Source of the DNA: Flavobacterium sp.
GTDB taxonomy: Bacteria > Bacteroidota > Bacteroidia > Flavobacteriales > Flavobacteriaceae
Reading direction: 5' to 3'
DNA: 64,000 bases
Assembly (NCBI RefSeq): GCF_024642105.1
Contig: NZ_JAHEBT010000056.1
Span: forward strand, 22,531 to 86,530
Positions 27,538 through 39,575 of the stretch are shown here, piece after piece (positions within the stretch are counted from its first letter, which is position 1; the number at the start of each line of letters is the position of its first letter). The position numbers and the translations under genes are program-made. The notes below the pieces were generated by a model. That model was given only the letters and a program-made list of their open reading frames with translations, was not told where the DNA came from and made no database searches.

Positions 27538-28386
27538 TTAATTTAGTGAAATGGTATCAATCAATCGAATATTGTTAACAAAAACCGCAATAAATGCGCG
27601 GTAATTCTTATGTTTTTCTTTGGTTGTGCAAGGCAATAGTGTCTCTTCATCGGCGATGACAAAGTATTCCAAGTCAAATAATGGGTGGTTTTCAAAAGTC
27701 TGTTGTACCAATTGATTCACACTTTCTACAGTTCCATTTTGAAATTTCTCTTTGGCCTGAAGTAGTGTTTGGTAAATTAAGCTTGCTTGGTTTCGTTCTT
27801 CAGCCGACAAGCGCTCGTTTCTTGAACTCATGGCAAGTTGATTGGCTTCTCTATAAATAGGACAACCAATGATAGTGACTGGTAACTGATTTTTGACTAC
27901 TAATTTTTTGACAATTTGCAATTGTTGGAAATCCTTTTCTCCAAAATAAGCATTCGTTGGCGTTACAATTTCAAACAGCTGTTTCACAATTGTGCCTACT
28001 CCATCAAAATGTCCGGGTCTAAATTTGCCTTCCATTTGGTTTTCTAATCCGTCAAAATCAAAAGATTGAGAAACAGGATTACCATCGTAAATATCTTCAA
28101 CAGAGGGTGCGTACACCATAATTTCCGGATTCAAAGCGGTAATTTTTCTTACATCTTCTTCTAAAGTTCGAGGATATTTGGCTAAATCTTCCGGGTTATT
28201 AAATTGGGTTGGATTGACAAAAATGCTCACCACCGTATAGTCGTTTTCTTGTAAAGAAAGTTCCATTAAAGCTAGGTGTCCAGCGTGCAAAGCGCCCATT
28301 GTTGGGACAAATCCAATAGTGGAATGTGCTGATTTAATAGGTTTTAGGTGTGCTATTAAGGGTGCTTTTCCGTAGAAAATGTGCAT
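27538..28386 (-). CDS. panC: Pantoate--beta-alanine ligase
   Basis: GFVPTMGALHAGH, SIFVNPTQF, RPGHFDGV, FGEKDFQQ, AMSSRN, RLID. Confidence 0.98.
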   Translation of the reverse strand: MHIFYGKAPLIAHLKPIKSAHSTIGFVPTMGALHAGHLALMELSLQENDYTVVSIFVNPTQFNNPEDLAKYPRTLEEDVRKITALNPEIMVYAPSVEDIYDGNPVSQSFDFDGLENQMEGKFRPGHFDGVGTIVKQLFEIVTPTNAYFGEKDFQQLQIVKKLVVKNQLPVTIIGCPIYREANQLAMSSRNERLSAEERNQASLIYQTLLQAKEKFQNGTVESVNQLVQQTFENHPLFDLEYFVIADEETLLPCTTKEKHKNYRAFIAVFVNNIRLIDTISLN

Positions 28387-28408
28387 GATGGATGTTTTAA
28401 ATGGAGTG

Positions 28409-28455
28409 CAAACTTAACATATTTGTTATAAAGTGCATAAATTTTTGTAATTTTG
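28409..28455. promoter_or_regulatory. Divergent -7 promoter pair (panC and the glgA-like operon)
   Basis: TAAGTTTG on minus (28409-28416) and TAATTTTG on plus (28448-28455). Confidence 0.55.
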
Positions 28456-28493
28456 CTCGGTTTTTATTGCCAAAAAATTAAGTAAATTATAAT

Positions 28494-29300
28494 ATGAAAG
28501 ACAAGAGGATATTATATGTATCATCTGAAGTAGTTCCTTATCTTGCTGAAAATGAGGTTTCTTTGATGTCCTACGATGTGCCGAAAATGATTAATGATCA
28601 AGGCGGACAGATTAGAATTTTTATGCCAAGATATGGAAATATCAATGAGAGAAGACATCAATTGCATGAGGTAATTCGACTTTCAGGGATGAATTTGGTA
28701 GTAAATGATTTGGATATGCCATTGATTATCAAGGTGGCATCAATTCCAAAGGAAAGAATACAGGTGTACTTTATTGATAATGATGAGTACTTCAAAAGAA
28801 AATCCACATTTTCAGACGAAGAAGGAAACTTGTACCCAGACAATGATGAACGTGCTATTTTCTTTGCAAAAGGAGTAGTAGAAACGGTTAAAAAATTGAA
28901 TTGGGTTCCGGATATTATTCATGTTCACGGTTGGATGGCAGCAATGTTGCCTATTTACATGAAGCATTTTTATAAAAATGAAGCCTTATTTTCAGATACT
29001 AAAATAGTTACTTCTGTATACAGTCAATCATTTGAGGGAACGTTAGATGCAGAAATGATTAACAAAGTGAAATTTGATAATGTACCATTAGAGTCTATTT
29101 TGGATTTGGAAGTGCCTGATTACGAAAACATTATTAAAGCAACTGTAAAACATTCAGACGCAGTTATTATTGCTTCTGAAAATCTATCGCCAAGTTTAAC
29201 AAAATTTATAGAATCTTCAGGAAAACCTTTTTTACCTTTCCAATCGAAAGAAGTATTTGCAGAAGCGTATACTAATTTCTACAAAAATGAAGTTCTTTAA
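28494..29300 (+). CDS. Stand-alone glycogen/starch synthase N-terminal domain protein
   Basis: ILYVSSEVVPY, RIFMPRYG, PDIIHVHGW; only 268 aa and lacks KTGGL. Confidence 0.8.
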   Translation: MKDKRILYVSSEVVPYLAENEVSLMSYDVPKMINDQGGQIRIFMPRYGNINERRHQLHEVIRLSGMNLVVNDLDMPLIIKVASIPKERIQVYFIDNDEYFKRKSTFSDEEGNLYPDNDERAIFFAKGVVETVKKLNWVPDIIHVHGWMAAMLPIYMKHFYKNEALFSDTKIVTSVYSQSFEGTLDAEMINKVKFDNVPLESILDLEVPDYENIIKATVKHSDAVIIASENLSPSLTKFIESSGKPFLPFQSKEVFAEAYTNFYKNEVL

Positions 29301-29322
29301 AAATTAAACTTTAAAACAAAAC

Positions 29323-30891
29323 ATGTACAATACTTCTTTTTTTAAGAAAATACTTATAGTAGCTGGTGTTCTTTTCTTATATTCTTGTGATAAAGATTAC
29401 AATGAGATTGGTGCAGATTTACTAGGAGATAATCATTTTGATTTTTTACAATATACTTCAAATGTAGTTGCCTATAATCAGAAAATAGGACCAGTTGACG
29501 CGAGTAATCTCGCTGTAAATGCATTAGGGATTTATAATGACCCTGCTTTTGGTAAAACAACAGCTCATTTTGCAACACAATTAAATTTGGGAACTTTAGC
29601 TCCTACTATTGGCGCGAATGCAGTTGTAGATAGTGTGTATTTATCAGTACCATATTTCAGTACTTTAAAATCAACTAATACTGATGGTAGTCATGTGTAT
29701 GAATTGGATTCTATTTATGGAGCACAAGCACCCATAAAATTGAGTATATACGAATCGAATTATTATATGCGAGACTTAGATCCAGCGAGTGGATTTCAAG
29801 AAGCACAATCCTTTTATACAGACCAAACGGCTATTTTTGAAAATGCCAAAGTAGGTTCTCGTTTGAATAATTCAACTAGTGTGTCTCAGAATGATGCTTT
29901 CTTTTTTGACCCTAAAGAAATTGTACAAAAAACTACTGCCACTGACGGAAAAGTTACTACTACGCGTTCTGTGCCAGCCATGCGTTTGAAATTAAACAAT
30001 AGTTTTTTTGCATCTAAAATACTGAGTGCACCTGCTTCTAAATTAGCTACAAATGATGTGTTTAAAGATTATTTTAGAGGATTGTATTTTAAAATAGAAA
30101 GTGTGTCGGGAAGTTCAGGCAGTATGGCGTTGATGAATTTTAAAGCGGGAAAAATTACAATAAGCTATACGGAAGATTTAGTTACCAATGGAGTAACAAC
30201 AAGGGTTCCTAAAACTATGGATCTTAATTTAACAGGCAACTCTGTGAATCTATTAGATCAAACAGATGTAAATTCATCCTATACAAATGCAGTAAATAAT
30301 CCTAATACAGCTTCAGGAGATGCTAATTTGTATTTGAAAGGTGGAGAAGGTGCTATGACGGTCATTGATCTTTTTAAAACCCCAGGAGAGTTAGATTTAA
30401 TACGAAGTAAAGGTTGGTTGATTAATGAAGCTAACCTGATTTTCCATATCGATGCTGCTAAAATGGCATCAAGTAATGAACCCAATCGTGTTTATTTATA
30501 TGATTTAACCAATAATCGTCCAGTAGTTGATTATTATTTAGATGTAACAAATGCCTCTGATGCTAAAAAATCTAAATATGTTTTTAGTGGATTAATCAAT
30601 AAAGAGGCGGTTACTAATGGAAGAGGTCAAACCTATAAAATTAGAATTACCAATCAGATTAGAAACTTAGTAAAATATGCCGATTCGACGAATGTTAAAT
30701 TAGGCTTAGTGGTTACTGAAAATATTGCAGACGCCTCTTTCTCAAAATTGAAAACAGCAAATGCATTTTCTTCAAAAGTGGCAAAATCATCTGTTATGAA
30801 TCCGCTTGGAACAATTCTTTATGGAAGTCACCCTTCTGTTCCGGAAGATAAAAGATTGAAACTTCAAATTTATTATACAAAACCTAATTAG
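29323..30891 (+). CDS. DUF4270-like lipoprotein
   Basis: Lipobox LFLYS-C; FRGLYFK, LYLKGGEG and C-terminal RLKLQIYYTK. Confidence 0.75.
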   Translation: MYNTSFFKKILIVAGVLFLYSCDKDYNEIGADLLGDNHFDFLQYTSNVVAYNQKIGPVDASNLAVNALGIYNDPAFGKTTAHFATQLNLGTLAPTIGANAVVDSVYLSVPYFSTLKSTNTDGSHVYELDSIYGAQAPIKLSIYESNYYMRDLDPASGFQEAQSFYTDQTAIFENAKVGSRLNNSTSVSQNDAFFFDPKEIVQKTTATDGKVTTTRSVPAMRLKLNNSFFASKILSAPASKLATNDVFKDYFRGLYFKIESVSGSSGSMALMNFKAGKITISYTEDLVTNGVTTRVPKTMDLNLTGNSVNLLDQTDVNSSYTNAVNNPNTASGDANLYLKGGEGAMTVIDLFKTPGELDLIRSKGWLINEANLIFHIDAAKMASSNEPNRVYLYDLTNNRPVVDYYLDVTNASDAKKSKYVFSGLINKEAVTNGRGQTYKIRITNQIRNLVKYADSTNVKLGLVVTENIADASFSKLKTANAFSSKVAKSSVMNPLGTILYGSHPSVPEDKRLKLQIYYTKPN

Positions 30892-30900
30892 ACTCAGATT

Positions 30901-32748
30901 ATGTGTGGAATAGTTGGATACATTGGTTATAGAGAAGCTTATCCTATTGTTATTAAAGGATTGAAAAGATTAGAATACCGCGGTTATGATAGCGCGGGTG
31001 TCATGTTGTACGATGGAGAAGAATTGAAACTGTGCAAAACTAAAGGTAAAGTGTCTGATCTTGAAGCGAAAGCAGCAACAGAGATTACAACCAACGGCAC
31101 TATAGGAATAGGCCATACACGATGGGCTACTCATGGTGTTCCCAATGATGTTAACTCACATCCACATCTTTCTAATTCAGGGGATTTAGCCATAATCCAC
31201 AATGGAATTATTGAAAATTATGCGCCTTTAAAAGAAGAGTTGCTTAAAAGAGGATATGTTTTCCATTCGGATACGGATTCAGAAGTATTAGTTAATCTGA
31301 TTGAAGAAATTCAAATCAAAGAAAATTTAAAATTAGGAAAAGCAGTTCAAGTTGCTTTAAATCAAGTAGTAGGGGCGTATGCAATTGCTGTTTTCGACAA
31401 AAAAAATCCAGATGAAATTGTTGCAGCTCGTTTAGGGAGTCCGCTAGCAATTGGTGTGGGAGAAGGAGAGTATTTTATTGCTTCAGATGCTTCTCCATTT
31501 ATTGAATATACTTCAAATGCTATCTATTTAGAAGATGGCGAAATGGCTAATATTAGGTTGCACAAACCAATGAAAATTAGAAAAATCAAAGACGATACTT
31601 TGGTTGATCCTTATATTCAAGAGCTTCAAATGAATTTGGAACAAATTGAAAAAGGGGGTTATGATCATTTTATGTTGAAAGAGATTTATGAGCAGCCTAG
31701 TGTAATCAAAGATACCTACAGAGGAAGATTACATGTCAATGAGGGAATAATTCAAATGGCTGGTGTGGAAGATAATTTGGAAAAATTTCTTAATGCCGAC
31801 CGAATCATCATAGTGGCTTGTGGAACTTCATGGCACGCAGGTTTAGTTGCTGAATATGTTTTTGAAGAATTTACAAGAATTCCAGTTGAAGTAGAATATG
31901 CTTCAGAATTCAGATATAGAAATCCAATTATTAGCAGCAAAGATGTAGTTATTGCTATTTCTCAATCAGGAGAAACAGCTGATACAATGGCAGCAATTAA
32001 ATTGGCAAAAGAACACGGAGCTTTTGTATTTGGCGTTTGTAATGTGGTTGGTTCTTCAATCTCAAGAGAAAGTCACGCGGGTGCTTATACGCACGCTGGA
32101 CCTGAGATTGGGGTAGCTTCAACAAAAGCATTTACTACTCAAATTACAGTATTGACAATGATTGCGTTGCGTTTGGCTAAAGCCAAAGGAACGTTGTCAA
32201 ACTCTGACTTCCACATGTATCTGCAAGAATTAGAAATAATTCCTGAAAAAGTAAAAGAAGCTTTGGAAACGAATGAAAGCACAAAAGAAATTGCAGCTAC
32301 ATTTAAAGAGGCACACAATTGCTTGTACTTAGGGAGAGGGTATAATTTTCCAGTTGCTTTAGAAGGCGCATTAAAATTAAAAGAGATATCTTATATTCAT
32401 GCTGAAGGGTATCCTGCAGCTGAGATGAAACACGGACCAATCGCTTTAATTGATGAGCAAATGCCAGTAATTGTAATTGCACCAAAACAAGGGCATTATG
32501 ATAAAATTGTAAGTAATATTCAGGAAATTAAATCAAGAAGTGGTCGAATTATAGCTGTTGTGACTAAAGGAGACACTCAAGTTCGAGAACTAGCTGATTA
32601 TGTGATTGAAATTCCGGAAACTTCAGATGCTTTATCGCCATTAATCACTACAATTCCATTGCAGTTGTTGTCGTACCACATTGCGGTTATGAGAGGCTGT
32701 AATGTAGACCAGCCAAGAAATTTAGCTAAATCGGTTACCGTGGAATAA
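30901..32748 (+). CDS. glmS: Glutamine--fructose-6-phosphate transaminase
   Basis: MCGIVG, LEYRGYDSAG, GHTRWATHG, SQSGETADT, PRNLAKSVTVE. Confidence 0.99.
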   Translation: MCGIVGYIGYREAYPIVIKGLKRLEYRGYDSAGVMLYDGEELKLCKTKGKVSDLEAKAATEITTNGTIGIGHTRWATHGVPNDVNSHPHLSNSGDLAIIHNGIIENYAPLKEELLKRGYVFHSDTDSEVLVNLIEEIQIKENLKLGKAVQVALNQVVGAYAIAVFDKKNPDEIVAARLGSPLAIGVGEGEYFIASDASPFIEYTSNAIYLEDGEMANIRLHKPMKIRKIKDDTLVDPYIQELQMNLEQIEKGGYDHFMLKEIYEQPSVIKDTYRGRLHVNEGIIQMAGVEDNLEKFLNADRIIIVACGTSWHAGLVAEYVFEEFTRIPVEVEYASEFRYRNPIISSKDVVIAISQSGETADTMAAIKLAKEHGAFVFGVCNVVGSSISRESHAGAYTHAGPEIGVASTKAFTTQITVLTMIALRLAKAKGTLSNSDFHMYLQELEIIPEKVKEALETNESTKEIAATFKEAHNCLYLGRGYNFPVALEGALKLKEISYIHAEGYPAAEMKHGPIALIDEQMPVIVIAPKQGHYDKIVSNIQEIKSRSGRIIAVVTKGDTQVRELADYVIEIPETSDALSPLITTIPLQLLSYHIAVMRGCNVDQPRNLAKSVTVE

Positions 32749-32772
32749 TACATTAAAATTTAATAACTACAC

Positions 32773-32800
32773 AAAAAGCAAGATATTTCTTGCTTTTTTT
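32773..32800 (+). terminator. Intrinsic terminator of glmS
   Basis: AAAAAGCAAG...CTTGCTTTTTTT. Confidence 0.8.
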
Positions 32801-33030
32801 ATTTTGATGTTATTGCAATTTTTTTTCTACTATTTATTCATTTTTGTTTGTATAGCGTGACTTTTTAATTGCGTAAGAAACAATTTGTTATTAATTGTTT
32901 AATTAAGGAGACTATCAATTAATTATAAATGGAAAGAATCGTTATTAAATATGAAATTTTTACCCTATAATTTTAATAATAGCCAAAAATATTTGTATTT
33001 TGGTCGCATAAACCAACAAAATTTTAACCA

Positions 33031-35847
33031 ATGAGAGTATACTTGCTTTTTTTGACCTTGTTTTTTTGTAGCATTTCATTTGCTCAAAATTCAATTTCAG
33101 GTTCTGTTTCAGACAGTAACAATCAACCCATTCCAGGAGCCAATATTAAAGTTGTTGGAGACAATTCAGGAACAATTAGTGATGTTGACGGAAAATTTAT
33201 TTTAAGCACATCAAAAAAATTCCCATACCAAATAGAGATTACAGCTTTAGGTTTTGGAGCTAAAAAAATCACGGTTTCGGGAGCAAATCAAAAAGTAATC
33301 GTAAAACTTTTAGATGAAGAAACTAAATTAAATGAAATTGTAGTTTCGGCTTCAAGAACACCAGAGCGTGTATTAGAATCTCCTGTAACCATTGAGAGAA
33401 TGGGGATTGCTGATATTAAGAAAACGGCTTCTGCCACTTTTTATGAAGGATTAGAAAACTTGAAAGAAGTTCAAATGAACACTAGTAGTATGTCGTTCAA
33501 ATCGATCAACACTAGAGGTTTTGCTACAGTTGCTAATGTTCGTTTCATGCAATTAGTAGACGGAATGGACAACTCCTCTCCGTTGTTGAACTTCGTGATT
33601 GGTAATATGATTGGTGTTTCTGAGATTGATGTTCAGAGTGTTGAACTGTTGCCTGGAGCATCATCTGCTTTATATGGAGCGAATGCATTCAATGGGATTT
33701 TGTTTATGAACAGTAAAAGCCCATTTACAAGCCAAGGAATCAGAGCTTATGCTAAATATGGTCAAACAAGTCAGCAAGCAGCAGGTGTTAACGATTATGT
33801 AGATTATGGAATACGTATGGCAAAAGCGTTCAATCCTTATTTTGCTGCCAAAGCTAATTTTACTTATATGAAAGCGACCGATTGGTATGCGACTAATTAT
33901 GATGATAAAACAACTTTAGGAAGAGATAGAAGTCATATCAATTATGATGGAATTAATGTGTACGGAGATGAAGTTTCTACTAATTTAAAAGGAGTTGGTA
34001 ATGCATTGGCTTCATTGGGAAGAATTCCTGCTGGAGCAGTTAATTTATTACCAAGTACTAATGTGAGTAGAACGGGATACAATGAGGTTGATTTAACAGA
34101 TAACAAAGCATCTAATACGAAAATTGATTTCTCATTACATGTAAGACCTTTTGGGAATGAAAATTTAGAGGTAATATGGCAAAGTAAATTTGGTTTTGGA
34201 AATGCCGTTTACCAAGGCGCCAATAGATATTACTTGAACAATTTTTTTATGCAACAGCATAAATTAGAATTCAAAGGTAAAAATTTCTTCTTAAGAGGTT
34301 ATACTACTACAGAAGACGGAGGGAAGTCGTATGATATGTTGTTTACAGGGATTAATGTTAACCGTAAATGGAAAGCAGATAGTCAATGGTTTGGAGAATA
34401 TGCAGGAGCTTATATTCAATCTACTTTAGGAGGGATGACTCCAGAAAATGCGCACAAAGTAGCAAGAACAGTTGCAGATACCGGAAGATTATTACCTGGA
34501 ACAGCTGGTTTCAAAAGTGCTTTTGATCAAGTAACTAATGAAGCAAGCGTATTGTCTGGATCAAAATTAGTTGATAATTCTCGAATTTACCATTCAGATG
34601 CCAATTATAACTTTAAAGATATTATCAAATTTGCAGAAATTCAAGTTGGAGGTTCTTATAGAGCATATCAATTGAATTCTCATGGTAGAATTTATACTGA
34701 TGCGTCTGGACCAATCAATTACAACGAATATGGTGCTTACACTCAGTTAACTAAAAAATTAATGGACGACAGATTGAAATTTACAGGTTCTGTTCGTTAT
34801 GATAAATCTAAAAATTTTGATGGTAATGTTTCACCAAGAGTTTCTTTTGTGTATTCAGGAGGCGAAAGCAGAAAGCATAATTTTAGAGCTTCTTTTCAAA
34901 CAGGTTTTAGAAATCCATCCACTCAAGATCAATACATTGGGTTTAATGTAGGTAGCGCAATCTTGTTAGGGTCAGCACCAGACAATTTGACTAGATACAA
35001 AGAAACATTACCTGTTTCGACTACAACGGGACAGTTTTTTGCAGGTGGAACATCGGTTAATATTACTGGTTTGAATGCTTACAACAACTCATATACTGCA
35101 GCTTCAGTTGGAGCTCTTACAGCAACAGGGAATCCAGCTTTATTGAAAAAAACAAATTTAGCGTTTGTGAAACCAGAAGAAGTTAAAGCTTTTGAGATAG
35201 GATACCGTTCATTTATCAAAGACATGTCGGTTGACATCAATGGATATTATAATACCTATAATAACTTTATTGGGAACTTAAATGTAGTAGCCCCATTATA
35301 TGGTAAAGCACAAGATGCTCCAAATCCTGCAGGTGGTGCAACTGATTTAGGAACACAGTCTTTACATGCCTTACAAAACGGAAATTATAGAGCATTCCAG
35401 TTGTATACGAATACGGGTGTAGAAATTAAATCTCTTGGTTTTGGTTTAGGATTGGCTAAAAAAGTGTACAAAGATTTTGAAGTAGGCGTTAATTATAATT
35501 ATGCTGAATTTAATTTTGATCAATCTCAAGATCCTAGTTTTGAAGCTGGATTTAACACTCCAAAACATAGAGTAAAAGCGTCATTCGGAAACGAAAAATT
35601 ATTCGATAATTTTGGATTTAATGTAAGTGGAAGATGGAATAGTGAATACTTATGGCAATCTACAATGGTAGATGGAATAATTAAATCGGCTACAGTAATT
35701 GATGCGCAAGTGAATTACAACATGCCAAAACTGAAGTCTACGCTTAAAATTGGAGCAGCTAACATTGGTGGTAAAGAATATACACAGGTGTTAGGAGCAG
35801 GATCAATAGGTCAACAATATTTTGCTTCATGGACAATTAATCCATAA
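33031..35847 (+). CDS. TonB-dependent receptor
   Basis: Signal peptide, carboxypeptidase-regulatory-like N-domain (PIPGANI), plug (VVSASR, ELLPGASSALYGANA), beta-barrel. Confidence 0.92.
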   Translation: MRVYLLFLTLFFCSISFAQNSISGSVSDSNNQPIPGANIKVVGDNSGTISDVDGKFILSTSKKFPYQIEITALGFGAKKITVSGANQKVIVKLLDEETKLNEIVVSASRTPERVLESPVTIERMGIADIKKTASATFYEGLENLKEVQMNTSSMSFKSINTRGFATVANVRFMQLVDGMDNSSPLLNFVIGNMIGVSEIDVQSVELLPGASSALYGANAFNGILFMNSKSPFTSQGIRAYAKYGQTSQQAAGVNDYVDYGIRMAKAFNPYFAAKANFTYMKATDWYATNYDDKTTLGRDRSHINYDGINVYGDEVSTNLKGVGNALASLGRIPAGAVNLLPSTNVSRTGYNEVDLTDNKASNTKIDFSLHVRPFGNENLEVIWQSKFGFGNAVYQGANRYYLNNFFMQQHKLEFKGKNFFLRGYTTTEDGGKSYDMLFTGINVNRKWKADSQWFGEYAGAYIQSTLGGMTPENAHKVARTVADTGRLLPGTAGFKSAFDQVTNEASVLSGSKLVDNSRIYHSDANYNFKDIIKFAEIQVGGSYRAYQLNSHGRIYTDASGPINYNEYGAYTQLTKKLMDDRLKFTGSVRYDKSKNFDGNVSPRVSFVYSGGESRKHNFRASFQTGFRNPSTQDQYIGFNVGSAILLGSAPDNLTRYKETLPVSTTTGQFFAGGTSVNITGLNAYNNSYTAASVGALTATGNPALLKKTNLAFVKPEEVKAFEIGYRSFIKDMSVDINGYYNTYNNFIGNLNVVAPLYGKAQDAPNPAGGATDLGTQSLHALQNGNYRAFQLYTNTGVEIKSLGFGLGLAKKVYKDFEVGVNYNYAEFNFDQSQDPSFEAGFNTPKHRVKASFGNEKLFDNFGFNVSGRWNSEYLWQSTMVDGIIKSATVIDAQVNYNMPKLKSTLKIGAANIGGKEYTQVLGAGSIGQQYFASWTINP

Positions 35848-35879
35848 TTGATTTAATAATTTTTTAAAAAAATACAATC

Positions 35880-37436
35880 ATGATAAAAAATTTCAAATGG
35901 CTATTTCTGGTTTCGTTGACCTTTGTAGCTTGTACTAATGATGACGATGTTGTTGTTGAAGAACCAGTTTCAGCAGGAACAGCTAATTTTTCAAAATATA
36001 TAGCTTTAGGAGATTCTTTCGCTGCTGGTTATAGCGATGGTGCTTTGTTTATTGAAGGTCAAAAAGGAGCTTATCCTAATGTCCTTTCTCAACAATTTGC
36101 TGCAGCTGGAGGTGGTACATTTAGTACGCCTTTTATGGCTGATAATGTAGGTGGACTTTTATTAGGTGGAAATCTTGTTGCAGGACAACGTTTGTATTTC
36201 AATGGAGCAGCTCCAGTAGCTGTTTCAGGAGCGCCATCAACTAATATAGCAACTAAGTTAACTGGGCCTTTTAATAATTTAGGAGTGCCTGGTGCTAAAA
36301 GTTATCATTTAGTTGCTGCGGGTTATGGAAATGTGGCTGGTGTTGCAGCAGGATTAGCTAATCCATATTATGCTCGTTTTGCAACCTCAGCGACTTCTAC
36401 TGTTTTATCTGATGCTGTAGCGCAAGCGCCAACCTTCTTTTCTCTATGGATTGGCGGTAATGACGTATTAGGTTATGCTACTTCTGGAGGTGTTGGAGTA
36501 AACCAAACAGGAAACAATAATGCAGCAACTTACGCTTCAAATGATATTACAGATCCAGGGGTTTTTGCTTACGCGTATAATGCTTTGATTACAAATTTGA
36601 CTGCTAATGGTGCTAAAGGAGTTGTGGCTAATTTACCTTATGTATCTACTTTGCCTTATTTTACAACAGTGCCTATTAATCCATTATCTACATCAGTTCT
36701 TGGTGGAGGAAATGTAGCTGTAGGCCAAGCAACTATTTCTGCCTTAAATACACAATTATATGGTCCCCTAAAACAGGTATTGACTGTTTTTGGTGCGGGA
36801 GATAGAATTAACTTACTTTCTACAACTGTAGCGAATCCTCTTTTGATTAAAGACGAATCTTTAACGAATTTATCGGCTCAATTAACAGCTGCTTTTACTC
36901 CTTCTTTAGGGGCGCAAACAGCTGCTTTTTACGGAGCCGTTTTTGGCCAAGCTCGTCAGGCTACAGCTACTGATTTAGTATTGTTGCCAACACAATCTGT
37001 TATTGGAGCTGCGCCAACTGCAACTACTTCAGGATTAGGTATTGCGCCACCATCGCCATTAAATAAATTTGGGATTACTTTTCCTTTACAAGATGCACAT
37101 GTGTTAATTCCTTCTGAAACAGCTGAAATTAAAATTGCTACAGATGCTTACAATACAAGTATCAGAGCAATTGCTGATTCAAAAGGGTTGGCTTTTGTTG
37201 ATGCTAAAGCGATTATGGATAAATTGTCAACTACAGGAATAGTGAGTAATAATTTTACAATGACAGCTACGTATGTTTTTGGAGGTTCTTTTTCTTTGGA
37301 TGGAGTACATCCAAGCCCTAGAGGTTATGCATTAATTGCTAATGCTTTTATTGAAGCTATCAATACAAAATATTCTTCGACTTTGAAAAAAGTAGATCTA
37401 GGCAATTACAGAATTTTATTCCCTGCTAGTTTGTAA
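35880..37436 (+). CDS. SGNH/GDSL hydrolase lipoprotein
   Basis: Lipobox TFVA-C; blocks GDSFAAG, GVPGA, IGGND, DGVHP. Confidence 0.88.
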   Translation: MIKNFKWLFLVSLTFVACTNDDDVVVEEPVSAGTANFSKYIALGDSFAAGYSDGALFIEGQKGAYPNVLSQQFAAAGGGTFSTPFMADNVGGLLLGGNLVAGQRLYFNGAAPVAVSGAPSTNIATKLTGPFNNLGVPGAKSYHLVAAGYGNVAGVAAGLANPYYARFATSATSTVLSDAVAQAPTFFSLWIGGNDVLGYATSGGVGVNQTGNNNAATYASNDITDPGVFAYAYNALITNLTANGAKGVVANLPYVSTLPYFTTVPINPLSTSVLGGGNVAVGQATISALNTQLYGPLKQVLTVFGAGDRINLLSTTVANPLLIKDESLTNLSAQLTAAFTPSLGAQTAAFYGAVFGQARQATATDLVLLPTQSVIGAAPTATTSGLGIAPPSPLNKFGITFPLQDAHVLIPSETAEIKIATDAYNTSIRAIADSKGLAFVDAKAIMDKLSTTGIVSNNFTMTATYVFGGSFSLDGVHPSPRGYALIANAFIEAINTKYSSTLKKVDLGNYRILFPASL

Positions 37437-37461
37437 TAGAATCCATTTATTATAATAAATC

Positions 37462-37493
37462 AAAAAACCACTGCATTTGTGTAGTGGTTTTTT
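37462..37493 (+). terminator. Intrinsic terminator
   Basis: AAAAAACCACT...AGTGGTTTTTT. Confidence 0.8.
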
Positions 37494-37555
37494 GTTTGTA
37501 AGTAAAATTATCCTGATTTTTTATAAAAAAATTATTGATTTTATATTTTAAAAAT

Positions 37556-37563
37556 TATCTTTG
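37556..37563 (+). promoter_or_regulatory. -7 promoter element of atpD-atpC
   Basis: TATCTTTG followed by CAC. Confidence 0.6.
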
Positions 37564-37645
37564 CACTCTGAAAAAAAGCATTTAATCGGCGACTCTCGGT
37601 TAAGTGAATTTCATAAACCTAAATAGCTATTTAATAAATACATAA

Positions 37646-39160
<1,515 letters not shown>

Positions 39161-39168
39161 TAAATGTG

Positions 39169-39227
39169 CAATTAACAATTGATAATTGACAATTAATTAT
39201 CCATTGTCAATTATTAATTATCAATTA
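39169..39227. repeat. AATTGAT/AATTGAC heptamer palindromic element between atpD and atpC
   Basis: AATTGATAATTGACAAT...ATTGTCAATTATTAATTATCAATT. Confidence 0.7.
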
Positions 39228-39234
39228 TTAAAAA

Positions 39235-39516
39235 ATGATTTTAGAAATAGTATCACCAGAGGCAAAGTTATTTTCAGGAGAGATTACGTCATTGTACCTT
39301 CCAGGAGTAGATGGAGATTTTCAAATCTTGAATAATCACGCGCCAATTGTTTCTTTGCTTAAGAAAGGTACAGTAAAAATTGCAGCGCCAAGTTTTACGC
39401 TTTCTAAAGAAGCAGCATCTAAATTAACGAGAGTAAATGACCAATTGTATACTTTAGCAGTAGAGTCAGGAACAATCGAAATGAAAGATAATAAAGTAAT
39501 TCTATTAGCAGACTAA
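39235..39516 (+). CDS. atpC: F0F1 ATP synthase subunit epsilon (short form)
   Basis: LEIVSPE..LFSG, FQILNNHAPIVS; follows atpD. Confidence 0.93.
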   Translation: MILEIVSPEAKLFSGEITSLYLPGVDGDFQILNNHAPIVSLLKKGTVKIAAPSFTLSKEAASKLTRVNDQLYTLAVESGTIEMKDNKVILLAD

Positions 39517-39533
39517 TACGAATTTGATTGTAT

Positions 39534-39564
39534 AAAAAAAGCCTAACATTTGTTAGGCTTTTTT
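39534..39564. terminator. Bidirectional intrinsic terminator
   Basis: AAAAAAGCCTAAC...GTTAGGCTTTTTT between convergent genes. Confidence 0.85.
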
Positions 39565-39575
39565 GTTTTTGATAC

